A stretch of DNA of 64,000 nt from Alphaproteobacteria bacterium (GTDB lineage Bacteria; Pseudomonadota; Alphaproteobacteria; UBA7879). Numbering within the stretch: position 1 is the stretch's first letter; each line of letters opens with the position of its first letter. This document shows positions 32,387 through 42,651 of the stretch, in pieces. The position numbers and the translations under genes were made by a program. The notes under the pieces are model-generated. The model was not told where the DNA came from. It saw only the letters and a list, made by a program, of their open reading frames with translations, and made no database searches. The stretch lies in assembly GCA_965178295.1 (NCBI GenBank), contig CBCXTT010000002.1:170925-234924 (forward strand). Direction: 5' to 3'.

Positions 32387-33505
32387 TCAAGGTACACAAT
32401 AAACAGCCGAAGAAGGAATATAGCGATGACAAATAGCCTCTGCAAAACCCTTTTCCTGCAGCCTCAAAAGACTATGGTTTATTTTCTCTTTATACGGACT
32501 CCCCTTTGGCAAGGAAAAAGAGACTTCGTCAATCGCAAGCCGTATATCAGAGACTTTAAGGGCGAAATTTTTATGCTCTTGCACTTCTTGCGCAAGAGAT
32601 ACGTAGTCATCGATTACAACATCCACCTCCTGAGTGTGAAGCGCCTCTATAGCCGCATCTAATGTTTCGTAAGAGATCACTTTTGCAGTTGATCGCTTCG
32701 CTATTACAGCATTCTCTGAACCCCGTACAACCCCCGAGACCATATCCTGTAAATCCTCAATGTTTGAAATTGTCTGATTATTGTAGCTATACAAGGTAGA
32801 AGATAAAGCACTTGTAATCATACCAAAAAAACCCGATACAAAAACGAGTGATACAATAAGCCAAAAAGCCATAAAAACTCGCGCTTGGGGCCCTTCTGGT
32901 CTGTATAAAACTTTGATTTGAATAAGGCGCGCAAACATAAACCACATACTGTCGCCAATACCTCGAAAATACCTTGTGCTGATTTCAGGAGCATGCCATC
33001 TGTAAAAAAACCAATACACATGCGCAGCAACAATAAAGAAAATAGCAATAATAAAGAAACCGACCTCACCCAATTTTTTCATAAATATGTGTAATGCATC
33101 TAAAAAACCTAAATGAATCTCATGAAACGCCACACCTATTTGCTCAATAAAAAAAGGGCGCGTAAAGTCCAAGCGTGACAGCCTATCTCGTGTAGCAGAA
33201 ACAGGGCCAAGAACGAGATCAATGTGACCGTTTTCAAGAGACTCCAGAGCTGAGGAAATATTAGAACCAAGAGATGTAAGGGTATAGGACAATTGATTGT
33301 CCTGCGCAATTTCGTCCCATATGTCAATTGCAAATCCAGAGGGAATGTCTGAAGAAAGAAAAGAAAACGGTTTATGGTCAACGTATCCAACACGCACATC
33401 AATAGCACACAGAAAAGTGGGCCAGAGAAAAATAATGATAAATCGCTTGATCACGTTATTATGCCTCCCTTCTTTCATTTGATCTTCCTTAAAAAAATCT
33501 GTCAA
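32387..33505 (-). CDS. ionotropic glutamate receptor-like ligand-gated channel (GluR0-type: periplasmic SBP lobe 1 - M1 - pore loop - M2 - SBP lobe 2)
   Basis: 372 aa. Signal/TM segment first, then an SBP_bac_3-like lobe (VRVGYVDHKPFSF...GHIDLVLGPVSATRDRLSRLDFTRPF). Next comes TM VGFFIIAIFFIVAAHVYWFF, then a pore-helix-like FRGIGDSMWFMFARLIQ (compare iGluR SLWFSLGAFMQQG), then TM VFMAFWLIVSLVFVSGFFGMITSALSS (compare iGluR M3 ...ISSYTANLAAFLT). A second SBP lobe follows (…VDVVIDDYVSLAQEV...SFSLPKGSPYKEKINHSLLRLQEKG). No TVGYG K+ filter and no M4. Probable true start at MKEGRHNN. Confidence 0.7.
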   Translation of the reverse strand: MTDFFKEDQMKEGRHNNVIKRFIIIFLWPTFLCAIDVRVGYVDHKPFSFLSSDIPSGFAIDIWDEIAQDNQLSYTLTSLGSNISSALESLENGHIDLVLGPVSATRDRLSRLDFTRPFFIEQIGVAFHEIHLGFLDALHIFMKKLGEVGFFIIAIFFIVAAHVYWFFYRWHAPEISTRYFRGIGDSMWFMFARLIQIKVLYRPEGPQARVFMAFWLIVSLVFVSGFFGMITSALSSTLYSYNNQTISNIEDLQDMVSGVVRGSENAVIAKRSTAKVISYETLDAAIEALHTQEVDVVIDDYVSLAQEVQEHKNFALKVSDIRLAIDEVSFSLPKGSPYKEKINHSLLRLQEKGFAEAICHRYIPSSAVYCVP

Positions 33506-33587
33506 GCAAACTTTTTAGACGCGTCGGCATGTTTTACACGTATACTAGAAAAGAGTCACATGGTCACGATGTAAAGTTTAAGAGCTG

Positions 33588-35531
33588 ATGATACGCCTTG
33601 CATACCTCATTCTGTTTTATTTCATAGCATGCGCATACAGCACAAGGGCGGAGGACATACCAAGTACATGCATTCAAGCGCTGAAACACACACTGAACAA
33701 CACACACATGCCTCAAAAAATTCCTAAAAATTGTAAGATTGTTGGCGATTTTCTTGCCTGGTATCAATATCAAGAAACTACAAAACATAATGATTTTGAT
33801 AAAATTATGTTTTTTATTCATACACATCCATCTTGGCCCAAGATAAAGGTGTTGCAACAGCGAGCCGAAGAAAGTATCGCCAGCACAACTTCTTCTAGCA
33901 CAATTATTCGCTGGTTCATGCAGTATACACCAATTACAAGTGTCGGCAACATCCACTATGCACATGCATTGCTACAATCTGGAAAAGAAGTGGAAGCAGT
34001 AATACAAATTAAACACGCCTGGCGCAAGCAACAGATGACACAAAAACAACAGAAATTCTTCTACCAGAAATATAAGAAGTACTTAAATACGAAAGATTTA
34101 ATGCATCGGCTTGAAACACTTGGATGGAGCAGCAATAGCAAAGGCATATATGGCCTTAAAAGCTACCTAAGTGCAGAGATTCAAAATTTAGCACTCGCTC
34201 TGATTGGATTAATACAGCGTGAAAGCAACATTGATATCCTCATCAAAAAAGTTCCCTCGCGATATCAACACCATCCTCTTCTACTATTTCACCGCATTAA
34301 ATGGCGCCTTAGACATAAAAAATATGATAGCGCGCTTGCATTAATGCACAAAGCAATCACAGAAAAAGCAGATACAGCGAATCCTGCTGCCTGGCTGCAA
34401 ATTCGGCGCACACTATATCGCTACTTGCTGAAAAAAAAACAGTACAAAGAGGCCTATCATATCATACAGCATCATGTAGAAAAAGACCCAAAAGCAGTGG
34501 ACTTAGAATGGTGTTCTGGCTGGATTGCCTTAAGATTTTTAGACGATCCAGAGCGTGCAAACACTCATTTTCAAAACGTCTATTATATAGCGACAACACC
34601 CATAAGCCAGGCCAAGGGATGTTACTGGGTCGCTCAAGCACAAAAAAAAATGGGAAATATTCAAGCGTATAAGGACTGGCTGAAAAGAGCGAGTAATTTT
34701 TACATTACGTTTTACGGTCAGCTAGCGCAACAAGAGCTTTACGGGAAGATTTCCATTACGCTAAAAGAAGGCATATCTGCAAAAAACTTAAATCACTTAT
34801 GGGATGAGTATATCAATCTTTTCTCTGTACTAAAAAAGTGGGAATTGAGTCGCCATATAAAACCTTTTTTACTCCACATGGCGCATGCATCAAAATCACC
34901 ACAAGATCAGGAGTTTGCAGTTAAAATGGCGGCACAATATGCGCCAGAGTTTATAGTACTCACAACAAAAGTTGCAGGACGCAAGGGTATGATCCCACTG
35001 GATATTACATTCCCAACATTAACATTACACCAGATCCCCAAAAAAATACCCGTCGATCTAGCCGTTATACATGCTGTTATTCGCCAGGAGAGCGGATTTG
35101 ATCAATATGGAACCAGTCCTGCCGGTGCACAGGGTTTGATGCAACTGATGCCAGAAGTCGCCAAAAATGTTGCACAAAGATGGAAGATACCCTTTACAAA
35201 AGGCTGTCTCCATAACGCTTCACATATGAATGTACAGATTGGAAGCACCCACATGGCGGACTTACTCAAGACTTTTGAAGGGGATATTATTCTCTCCCTT
35301 GCAAGCTATAATGCCGGTCTTAGTAATGTGAAAAAATGGATTAAACACTATGGAGATCCACGAAAAAATGTGCATATATTGGATTGGATTGAAACAATCC
35401 CCTTCAAAGAAACGCGTTCATACATATATCGCGTTTTAGAATCTGTCTCTATTTATGAAAGTATGCTTAATACGAAGAGTCCACATGGTGTTTCTTCGCT
35501 AAGAATGCCCAGCCTCGAGAAAACAACATAG
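33588..35531 (+). CDS. slt: soluble lytic murein transglycosylase (Slt family)
   Basis: 647 aa. Signal peptide, superhelical repeat region, and a C-terminal SLT catalytic domain (VIRQESGFDQYGTSPAGAQGLMQLMPEVAKNVA...ASYNAG). Confidence 0.85.
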   Translation: MIRLAYLILFYFIACAYSTRAEDIPSTCIQALKHTLNNTHMPQKIPKNCKIVGDFLAWYQYQETTKHNDFDKIMFFIHTHPSWPKIKVLQQRAEESIASTTSSSTIIRWFMQYTPITSVGNIHYAHALLQSGKEVEAVIQIKHAWRKQQMTQKQQKFFYQKYKKYLNTKDLMHRLETLGWSSNSKGIYGLKSYLSAEIQNLALALIGLIQRESNIDILIKKVPSRYQHHPLLLFHRIKWRLRHKKYDSALALMHKAITEKADTANPAAWLQIRRTLYRYLLKKKQYKEAYHIIQHHVEKDPKAVDLEWCSGWIALRFLDDPERANTHFQNVYYIATTPISQAKGCYWVAQAQKKMGNIQAYKDWLKRASNFYITFYGQLAQQELYGKISITLKEGISAKNLNHLWDEYINLFSVLKKWELSRHIKPFLLHMAHASKSPQDQEFAVKMAAQYAPEFIVLTTKVAGRKGMIPLDITFPTLTLHQIPKKIPVDLAVIHAVIRQESGFDQYGTSPAGAQGLMQLMPEVAKNVAQRWKIPFTKGCLHNASHMNVQIGSTHMADLLKTFEGDIILSLASYNAGLSNVKKWIKHYGDPRKNVHILDWIETIPFKETRSYIYRVLESVSIYESMLNTKSPHGVSSLRMPSLEKTT

Positions 35532-36729
35532 CAAATGCCCCGTTTCCAAAAACATTAAAGGCCGTATTAACCGGATCAGCCAAAATATAAAGGGTTGTAA
35601 TCAACGCCCCCATCTCTGGTGAAAACTGAAAACACTGCTCCAAAAGCGGCAGCATCACAATAATTCCACCACCTGGTACACCGGCAATTGAAAACTTAAT
35701 GAGCACAAAATACCCTGCAAATACGAGATATTCCATCAAAGTTGGCATTGTTCCACCAAAGCCAAGCATAATAGCCATTGCAAGCAAGGGGACGCCCAAG
35801 CTATCGCCCACTAGGTGAATGTTGGTCGTCATTGGAACTACTGCATCTATACTAGGATCATGCTTTGTATTGAGACGCACCCCTGAAATAGTAAGTGGTA
35901 AAGCGGCCGCACTTGACATTGTAGTACCCGCTGCCACTAACGCTGGAAACATATTGCGCACAGACGCAACAAAAGCATGAAAACGGAATTTCGATGCACC
36001 CGCATAAAGTAGAGTGGTATAAGACAGTTGCAGCAGGCAAATAAGAATTAAAACAGATCCACATTGTTGTAGCAGCGTGTCCATAAGACCTTCAGCAGAA
36101 AACTTCAAAACAAACCCAAAAATAAACACAGGAACAAGGGGCACAAAAAAACGATAGAGAAAGACATTAATCATGACTGTTGCCCCCTCTTGAAAACGCT
36201 GCAAAAACAAGCGTGGCAAATAGCCACTTAACGCACCCAAAATCAGTCCTGTAAAAAGAGCCGTGTCATTTGCCAAAAACTTCGGCAAAAAAAAGTCCCA
36301 GAGGGGCGTAGTGACTTGATTGCTAGAATCCATACAAAGCGCCAAAGGAAAGTGTGGTAAGGTCATTTGACTGACGCCATACGAAATCATCGCAGAGACA
36401 AAATTAGACCCGCAAATGCATAGCAATAAACATAGGACAAACAAAAAAATACCACCATGCATACGCGATATAGCAAGAAAAAGAAACATAAAGATCAGAA
36501 AAGGTAAAATAAAAATCAGGATTTCTTTAAGGCTCAAGCTCAGCGCAAAAAAGAAAGAAATCATACCTGACGGCATCCAGTCTACACAAACATACGCTGT
36601 GAAAAGTAGCATGATAATTTGCACTGGTAAACTTTTTAAATGAAAAAAAATTCGTCTAGTGGTTGTGATCATTCTCATATTCTCGCCGTTTGCGCATAGC
36701 GAGTATAACAAATATTGAGAGCCAAACAA
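35467..36729 (-). CDS. dicarboxylate/amino acid:cation symporter (DAACS; GltP/SstT-like)
   Basis: Polytopic membrane protein with DAACS signatures (MSSAAALPLTISG; AGVPGGGIIVMLPLL). The track ORF overlaps SURF1. Likely true start at MLLFTAY, about 36612. Confidence 0.75.
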   Translation of the reverse strand: MFGSQYLLYSLCANGENMRMITTTRRIFFHLKSLPVQIIMLLFTAYVCVDWMPSGMISFFFALSLSLKEILIFILPFLIFMFLFLAISRMHGGIFLFVLCLLLCICGSNFVSAMISYGVSQMTLPHFPLALCMDSSNQVTTPLWDFFLPKFLANDTALFTGLILGALSGYLPRLFLQRFQEGATVMINVFLYRFFVPLVPVFIFGFVLKFSAEGLMDTLLQQCGSVLILICLLQLSYTTLLYAGASKFRFHAFVASVRNMFPALVAAGTTMSSAAALPLTISGVRLNTKHDPSIDAVVPMTTNIHLVGDSLGVPLLAMAIMLGFGGTMPTLMEYLVFAGYFVLIKFSIAGVPGGGIIVMLPLLEQCFQFSPEMGALITTLYILADPVNTAFNVFGNGAFAMLFSRGWAFLAKKHHVDSSY

Positions 36730-37366
36730 GTGCTAAACAAGCCCATGTCACCACATAGCCCAAATGATTGTTTGAAACAGGAATAATGTCTGGCATGGGG
36801 TGGGGTGGGGTTCCAGTATCTGGACGCATATAATCCACATAAATAGGCAGAATATATATACCTAGCGTCTGCGCCATATCCTGTATATCAACATAGGCCC
36901 ATTCTCGCTTTGTGGACTGATGCGCGGGCATAAACCAGCGTTTTTCATCTGGTACACGGACCCGACCTACAAAATCCGCTCCACAAACATTCTGTTGAGT
37001 CATATCTGTTTTTTCCACCCAACCAATATTAACCAGTAAATTCTCACCGTTTTCCAGAGTGACAATACGAAACAGATAATAGCCGGGACGTCTATGATGT
37101 ATCTTTCCAGACACAAAAAGATTCGTACCTCTAACCCATTGTCCAGCAATATGCACACGACGGAACGAATTTTCTGCAGGCCTATTCTTTAACATCTCCT
37201 CAACAGACATAAGGGGCTCCTTTGTACTGCAGTGCATTGCAGCAATAATACTTTTTTTCCAAATCAACCGTTGAGCCTGCCAACAAGCAAGAGATGACAG
37301 AAGACCAGCACCACAGAAAGCTGCTATAACATACCAAAAATATGTAAGTCTGCCAACACGCGCCAC
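36656..37366 (-). CDS. SURF1 family cytochrome c oxidase assembly protein
   Basis: 236 aa. N-terminal TM plus a WQAQRLIWKK motif. C-terminal VSNNHLGYVVTWACLALVWL is typical of SURF1. Immediately downstream of ctaE. Confidence 0.85.
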   Translation of the reverse strand: MARVGRLTYFWYVIAAFCGAGLLSSLACWQAQRLIWKKSIIAAMHCSTKEPLMSVEEMLKNRPAENSFRRVHIAGQWVRGTNLFVSGKIHHRRPGYYLFRIVTLENGENLLVNIGWVEKTDMTQQNVCGADFVGRVRVPDEKRWFMPAHQSTKREWAYVDIQDMAQTLGIYILPIYVDYMRPDTGTPPHPMPDIIPVSNNHLGYVVTWACLALVWLSIFVILAMRKRREYENDHNH

Positions 37367-37386
37367 TAGGTTCTATGCTCCAAATA

Positions 37387-38274
37387 TCAAGAGCCCCACC
37401 AATAGACAAAAACAAAAACAAATAGCCAGATAACATCCAAAAAATGCCAGTACCAGGCAGCCGCATCAAGTCCAACACAATGATCGATAGTAAATCGTTT
37501 TTTCAGTGCCCTAAAAAAACAAACAACTAAAAATAGCGTCCCAAACAGGACATGTGCTCCATGCAAACCTGTTAACATATAAAAATTAGAGCCATATATA
37601 CCATCTTTAAGCGTAAACGTCGCGTTCAGATATTCAAGCGCCTGAATACAGGTAAATACAAGCCCCAAACATATAGTTACAAATAATCCTTGTAAGACGG
37701 CCTTGTTCTGACGACCATGCTTTACAGCTGCGTGGGCCCATGTTAGACTAGTCGCGGATAAAAGGAGCAATAGCGTATTAAGATAGGGCAGATGAAACGG
37801 ATCAATAGGCTGAATATTCTTAGGTGGCCACATGCTTCCAATAGCTTCTGCAGGACTGAAGCTTGCATCAAAAAAAGACCAGAAAAAAGCAAAAAACAAC
37901 ATAACTTCTGACACGATAAAAAAGGCCATGCCCAGCCGAAGCCCCTTTTGCACAACGCATGTATGATGATGCTCTAGAGATTCTCTAATAACATCTCTCC
38001 ACCAACCGGCAGAAACAAGCACCAAGAAAGCAATACCTATCCAAAAAACAATTTTTTCATAGTCGTGCACATATAGCACCATCCCGATCGCCACAACAAA
38101 TAATGCTAACGCGGTTACAAACGGCCAAGCACTCGGTTCAACCAAATGATAATTATGATGTTGGGCTTTTTGTGACATGGTGCGCCTCTCTCTCATCGTC
38201 GTCCGCCCACCATGAGGAGATAAAAGCCCCCACAGTACCGCCCTTAGGATACCCAAATTTTTTAGACGACGCAA
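37387..38274 (-). CDS. ctaE: cytochrome c oxidase subunit III
   Basis: COX3 signature (…HHHTCVVQKGLRLGMAFFIVSEVMLFFAFFW…WYWHFLDVIWLFVFVFVYWWGS). Likely true start MSQKAQHHNYHLV at about 38178; the ORF upstream of that overlaps the preceding gene. Confidence 0.9.
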   Translation of the reverse strand: MRRLKNLGILRAVLWGLLSPHGGRTTMRERRTMSQKAQHHNYHLVEPSAWPFVTALALFVVAIGMVLYVHDYEKIVFWIGIAFLVLVSAGWWRDVIRESLEHHHTCVVQKGLRLGMAFFIVSEVMLFFAFFWSFFDASFSPAEAIGSMWPPKNIQPIDPFHLPYLNTLLLLLSATSLTWAHAAVKHGRQNKAVLQGLFVTICLGLVFTCIQALEYLNATFTLKDGIYGSNFYMLTGLHGAHVLFGTLFLVVCFFRALKKRFTIDHCVGLDAAAWYWHFLDVIWLFVFVFVYWWGS

Positions 38275-39829
38275 TTATATGTTGTTTGGCATAATAAAAT
38301 GGAATCACTAAAATTTCCTTACGCAACATATGATCCAGGGCCTGTCCACTATGCTTCAACTTTTCTAAATTATATGTTCTACTGATTACCTCAATAAGCT
38401 TATCCACTTGATCATTCACCACTCCCGTATAATTCTTGCTTCCTTGTTTGTGAGCAAATTTGCTTAAAAAATGGCTTTGAAGACTATAGTTTGGAAATCG
38501 ATGACCGGGCCATTGATGGAATGCCATATCAAAATTAAAATCATTTTTCTTTTGTGCAAATTCTACTTCGGGCAGCACATGAATACTGCTAGTGATGCCA
38601 ACAGCACGCAAGCGCCGCACAAACTCTTGAACCACCTTAGTATATGTTTTGTTTGGCATCATAATGCGGAATGTAAAATTAGCGTTAAATCGTTGATTGT
38701 ACAATACCCCGTCCCGCATTTTCCATCCTGCTTCCCTCAACAATCTCCGCGCACTTTTAAGACGCGTATTCCATAATTGATCAGATTCCTCCCACGGCAG
38801 CACCTCTGAAGAGGCGTACGATGTATTTTCAAAAAAGCTTTTTATTTGAACCGCTCGGCCGCTAAAAGAAATTTGGTTAAACCAGTGAAAATCAAAAATT
38901 AGGTAAAGGGCTTCTCGAACTTTTACATCATGAAAAAATGTATGTCGCGTATTAAAAATAAGCCCTTTCATGCCAACTGGACGCGTCTGATCTTGCATAA
39001 GTAAATGTGTCTGAGAGGATAGTCTGTCCAAGTACCGAATACTTTCTGGTGAAAGATCAAAGCAAACATCCACTATACCTTTGCGCAACGCCTCAACAAG
39101 CGCCAGCGCGTTCTTGTAATACTTCACAATGACAGTATCAAAGTTAAACCTTCCTTTATGCACAAATAAATCTTTTGCCCAATAATCCTGTACTCGAGAG
39201 AATTTTACATAGTCTCCAAGTTTGTATTCATCAAGTTTATAGGGGCCGCACGAGCGAATGTCTCCATCAATATTCTTAATAACAGGCATCATTGCTAAAA
39301 ATGCAATAAGCTGCGGTTTGTAGGTACTACCTTCTTTCAACTGAAAAGCGATGCGGTGTGCATCTGTTATGTGCACAGACTGTATTTGTGTAAAGATATT
39401 TTTCTGCAAAGGTGTCCCCTCTCTGCCCCAACATACAAACGCTTCTTTAACATCCACAGCTGTTACAGGTGTGCCATCTTCCCAATGTGCTTTAGGATTA
39501 ATGGAAAAAGTTACACAGTTGTCTTTGATACTTAGGTCTTCTGCAATTTGCGGATAAAGGGACAAAGGCTCGTCCATGGATTGGCTCATGAGTTTGCCCA
39601 AGGACAGCGAAAGATAGCGATCCGCCCTCCCAACAAAGTTCAGCGGGTTCAGAGTATCAACAGTACCAACCACACCCACCACCACAGTACCAGACTTGGG
39701 TGCGTCTGGTTCTACGTAAGAAAAATGGGTGTCTTCTGCACTATATTTGAGGGTCTCAAAGGGCGTATACCCATAGTCCGAACAAGCGGTCATGCATGCA
39801 AAAAAAATACCTGCGACACAAATACGCAT
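38153..39829 (-). CDS. ABC transporter substrate-binding protein, family 5 (peptide/opine/nickel type; YejA-like), no adjacent permease or ATPase genes
   Basis: 558 aa with an N-terminal lipoprotein-like signal (MRICVAGIFFACMTACS) and a large SBP_bac_5 fold. It is flanked by ctaE and an MFS gene, not by ABC membrane or ATPase components. Confidence 0.8.
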   Translation of the reverse strand: MRICVAGIFFACMTACSDYGYTPFETLKYSAEDTHFSYVEPDAPKSGTVVVGVVGTVDTLNPLNFVGRADRYLSLSLGKLMSQSMDEPLSLYPQIAEDLSIKDNCVTFSINPKAHWEDGTPVTAVDVKEAFVCWGREGTPLQKNIFTQIQSVHITDAHRIAFQLKEGSTYKPQLIAFLAMMPVIKNIDGDIRSCGPYKLDEYKLGDYVKFSRVQDYWAKDLFVHKGRFNFDTVIVKYYKNALALVEALRKGIVDVCFDLSPESIRYLDRLSSQTHLLMQDQTRPVGMKGLIFNTRHTFFHDVKVREALYLIFDFHWFNQISFSGRAVQIKSFFENTSYASSEVLPWEESDQLWNTRLKSARRLLREAGWKMRDGVLYNQRFNANFTFRIMMPNKTYTKVVQEFVRRLRAVGITSSIHVLPEVEFAQKKNDFNFDMAFHQWPGHRFPNYSLQSHFLSKFAHKQGSKNYTGVVNDQVDKLIEVISRTYNLEKLKHSGQALDHMLRKEILVIPFYYAKQHIIASSKKFGYPKGGTVGAFISSWWADDDEREAHHVTKSPTS

Positions 39830-41071
39830 CTATAAATCGTAATACGGACCTTTATAAGTTACCAATGTTGAAAAACAAAGAAGCGCTACAGACATAATGA
39901 CCAACGACGGGGCATAATATGACTCCAGAGCACCAACAGCATATTTCATAACCAAAGGAGATAGACTCGCTCCAATACCCATACCTAAGGAAAAGCTAAA
40001 CGCCACTCCACTATATCGATCTTTCGCTGGAAACAAGCGCTGCACAAAAGCATGCTCCGGGCCCGCGATGCTTGCAACGCATGTACCCAAAAGAATTTGG
40101 GCAATAATAAACCCCAAAGTCATAAAATTTTGCAACAAATAAAACAGGGGCACAGCAAATAGGAACGCATAGATACAAGACAATCTCATCATGTTTTGAC
40201 CGCCTATTTTATCAAGAACAAACCCCCAAGCAGGCGCACAAAAAATGAAGGTCACGATCCCAATCATCGTAAACTCTAAAACGTAATGCTCGGATACATT
40301 AAAATAGTTCACCAGGTAGATCGCAATAAATTTATACATAGTGTACGAGAGAGTACCATTCAACACGCCAATACACATTGTCGTCAGCACAGCATGTTTG
40401 TGACGAAACAAGGCATCTGTTAAAGGAGAACGAATAGTTTCTTTTTTCTCGTGTATCTTTGTGAAAGCTGGGGATTCATCCATATACAAACGTATGTACA
40501 GCCCCACGAGACTGATGAGTGCACCTAGCATAAAAGCAACGCGCCACGACCACTCGGGCATCCAATCAAACGTAATCACAACACCAACCGCTGTTGCTGC
40601 CAAAGCCCCAATTACACTGGCGCCTGTAATAAGCCCACCAGCCATACCTGGATAGCTCTTCCCTACATGTTCAAGCGTATAAATAGCAGACCCGTTATAT
40701 TCTCCTCCTGTGCACAGTCCCTGCATCAGGCGACAAATAACTAAAACTATAGGCGCAACGATGCCAATGTGTGCATAAGTTGGCAACACGCCAATAACAA
40801 ACGTCGGCAATCCCATGCAACTTACCGTCAGAACAAGGGCTTTCTTACGACCAAAAACATCCCCTATGTATCCAAACACACTGCCGCCAAAAGGTCGTGC
40901 AATAAAAGCTAGCGCAAACGCCATCCAACCTGCCATAAACGCATATTCGCCCTCCGCAGGGAAAAAGGCCTTTCCAATACGTTCTGAACAAACCGCGTAA
41001 AGCATAAAATCATAAAACTCCAAAGAAGTGCCTGCTATACTCGCTAGAATAACTTTTGCTTTTTTCATCAA
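39830..41071 (-). CDS. MFS transporter, ProP-like proline/betaine family (second copy in window)
   Basis: 413 aa. SIAGTSLEFYDFMLYAV N-terminal motif. AAGGAGG Shine-Dalgarno 7 nt upstream. Confidence 0.85.
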   Translation of the reverse strand: MMKKAKVILASIAGTSLEFYDFMLYAVCSERIGKAFFPAEGEYAFMAGWMAFALAFIARPFGGSVFGYIGDVFGRKKALVLTVSCMGLPTFVIGVLPTYAHIGIVAPIVLVICRLMQGLCTGGEYNGSAIYTLEHVGKSYPGMAGGLITGASVIGALAATAVGVVITFDWMPEWSWRVAFMLGALISLVGLYIRLYMDESPAFTKIHEKKETIRSPLTDALFRHKHAVLTTMCIGVLNGTLSYTMYKFIAIYLVNYFNVSEHYVLEFTMIGIVTFIFCAPAWGFVLDKIGGQNMMRLSCIYAFLFAVPLFYLLQNFMTLGFIIAQILLGTCVASIAGPEHAFVQRLFPAKDRYSGVAFSFSLGMGIGASLSPLVMKYAVGALESYYAPSLVIMSVALLCFSTLVTYKGPYYDL

Positions 41072-42597
41072 ACCTCCTTAACGCTTCATAAAAAGTTGCA
41101 TGAAGCTTTTCTCAAAAACATATTTCAAAATAGGAGTTAGTATAGACAGAAACTTCTTACTTTGCAAATTCTGCCTCCTCAGCGTTTCTTATTGGTTAAT
41201 TTTGATGTAAAAAATGGTTGCTAATTTATTCACAAGTACTATATTATATAGAAATATTGAATATATGAAAAATATGTTTGGAAACACCCCGAAATCACCC
41301 TCCTATTGTTACACAAAGCTGATGGGAGATTGGGATTATGCAGCAGCTATGCTCGCTGTTATTACGATTTCTGCTCTTTGGAAGCTCAATCCCACATTGA
41401 CTATCTGCGCTCAGTTATGGATCAAAGCCGTGCGACAGTGTGAGTGCACGAACAATACCTCAACATCAACAAAATGGATATTGTCCAGGCACAAATCCTC
41501 TCCAACAGTCAAATGATAAGCGTAGTAAAAATGACAGAAGTGGTGGCATAGAGGAAGATATGGGATCAGTATGGGGCACATATTGTAAGAAAACTGCGTC
41601 TCTCCGAGGGCTGCACAAGCGATGGAAGCACTACGTTGAGCAGGAGACGTCATCTCACAGAGAGATCAGATGACGGGATTACCATTTTCTACAACATTGA
41701 TGATACAATGCCTAGGATTTCTCACCCTTCTTGAGAGTATAGGGTGCGCGTCTACCCAAACACTTCCAAAAGTACGCATCCAAACCCGCTACAGGGTGTG
41801 TAGTATCCACAAATTTGTGCTATTGAGCGCTCTCATATACGTCATACACGCATCCTCCCCCCTACACAAGAAATTCCATGCGGCATAGAGAGCTAAAAAA
41901 TGTAGCGGTTTGAGGTCATCTGTCGGGAAAACATGACTCTGGTACGCCCAACATGCTACTCTAGATAGAGGTCCAAAAATTCCAACAACAGTCAGACTAC
42001 ATATGCGTCATATGCGATTATCTCTTCATCCCACCCCGCACTTATACAGGTATACCACGAAGCCGATCCCAGAGAAAATTGGCGGTTCCTCTCTTATATG
42101 GCAAGTGTGACGAAAAGTCGCCAAATCAATCAGAAGAGATAGTAATATATAAAATATACAGTAATAAAAATCATAACTGCTTTCTTGGGAGATCCATTGG
42201 AGAAGATGCATATCCGGCCTACTCTTCAGTGCTGCACAAAAAGGTGACAATTAGTGGTGTAGAAAAAATGATAAAAGAAACGCTAGTACACATTCTAGCC
42301 TCAATGCGTGATACGACTAGAGGGGTAAAATACACTACTAAAAATCTTGTCTTTTTTTATCACTATTGTTCTGAACACGAGTATTAGTTAAGTTGCACTC
42401 TACGCGCTCTCCCTTCCTCTCACATCTCTTTTAACCCTGCAACAGAGTTCAGAATCTGAGACTCTTTCAGCTTCTAACGCTGATGATACTTTGGTAATCC
42501 TGAAGCAAGAGAAGCTCTGCATTAATTAATATAAAATAGTGTTTCTTCCGTGCCACTTTGAAGAAAAAGAACAGACAAGAAACCAGCGAAAAAACAT

Positions 42598-42651
42598 TAC
42601 TATGCAAGATAGCGCAACTATGCAAGATAGCGCAACTATGCAAGATAGCGC
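42598..42651. repeat. 18-bp tandem repeat x3 (ACTATGCAAGATAGCGCA), in-frame within a small ORF (MQDSAT x3)
   Basis: Three perfect 18-bp units at 42598-42651, then a degenerate fourth (CAAATACAAGATTGT). Confidence 0.9.

Noticed and set aside
37200-37478. 92-aa - strand ORF bridging the ctaE stop and SURF1 start
   Set aside because: It overlaps the conserved C-terminus of COX3 and the N-terminal TM of SURF1 in other frames. Most likely a spurious overlapping ORF, although a small DUF983-like membrane protein is common at this position in other genomes.
42598-42651. Possible CRISPR array
   Set aside because: The three units are contiguous tandem copies with no spacers, so this is a VNTR and not a CRISPR. 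No cas genes are present.
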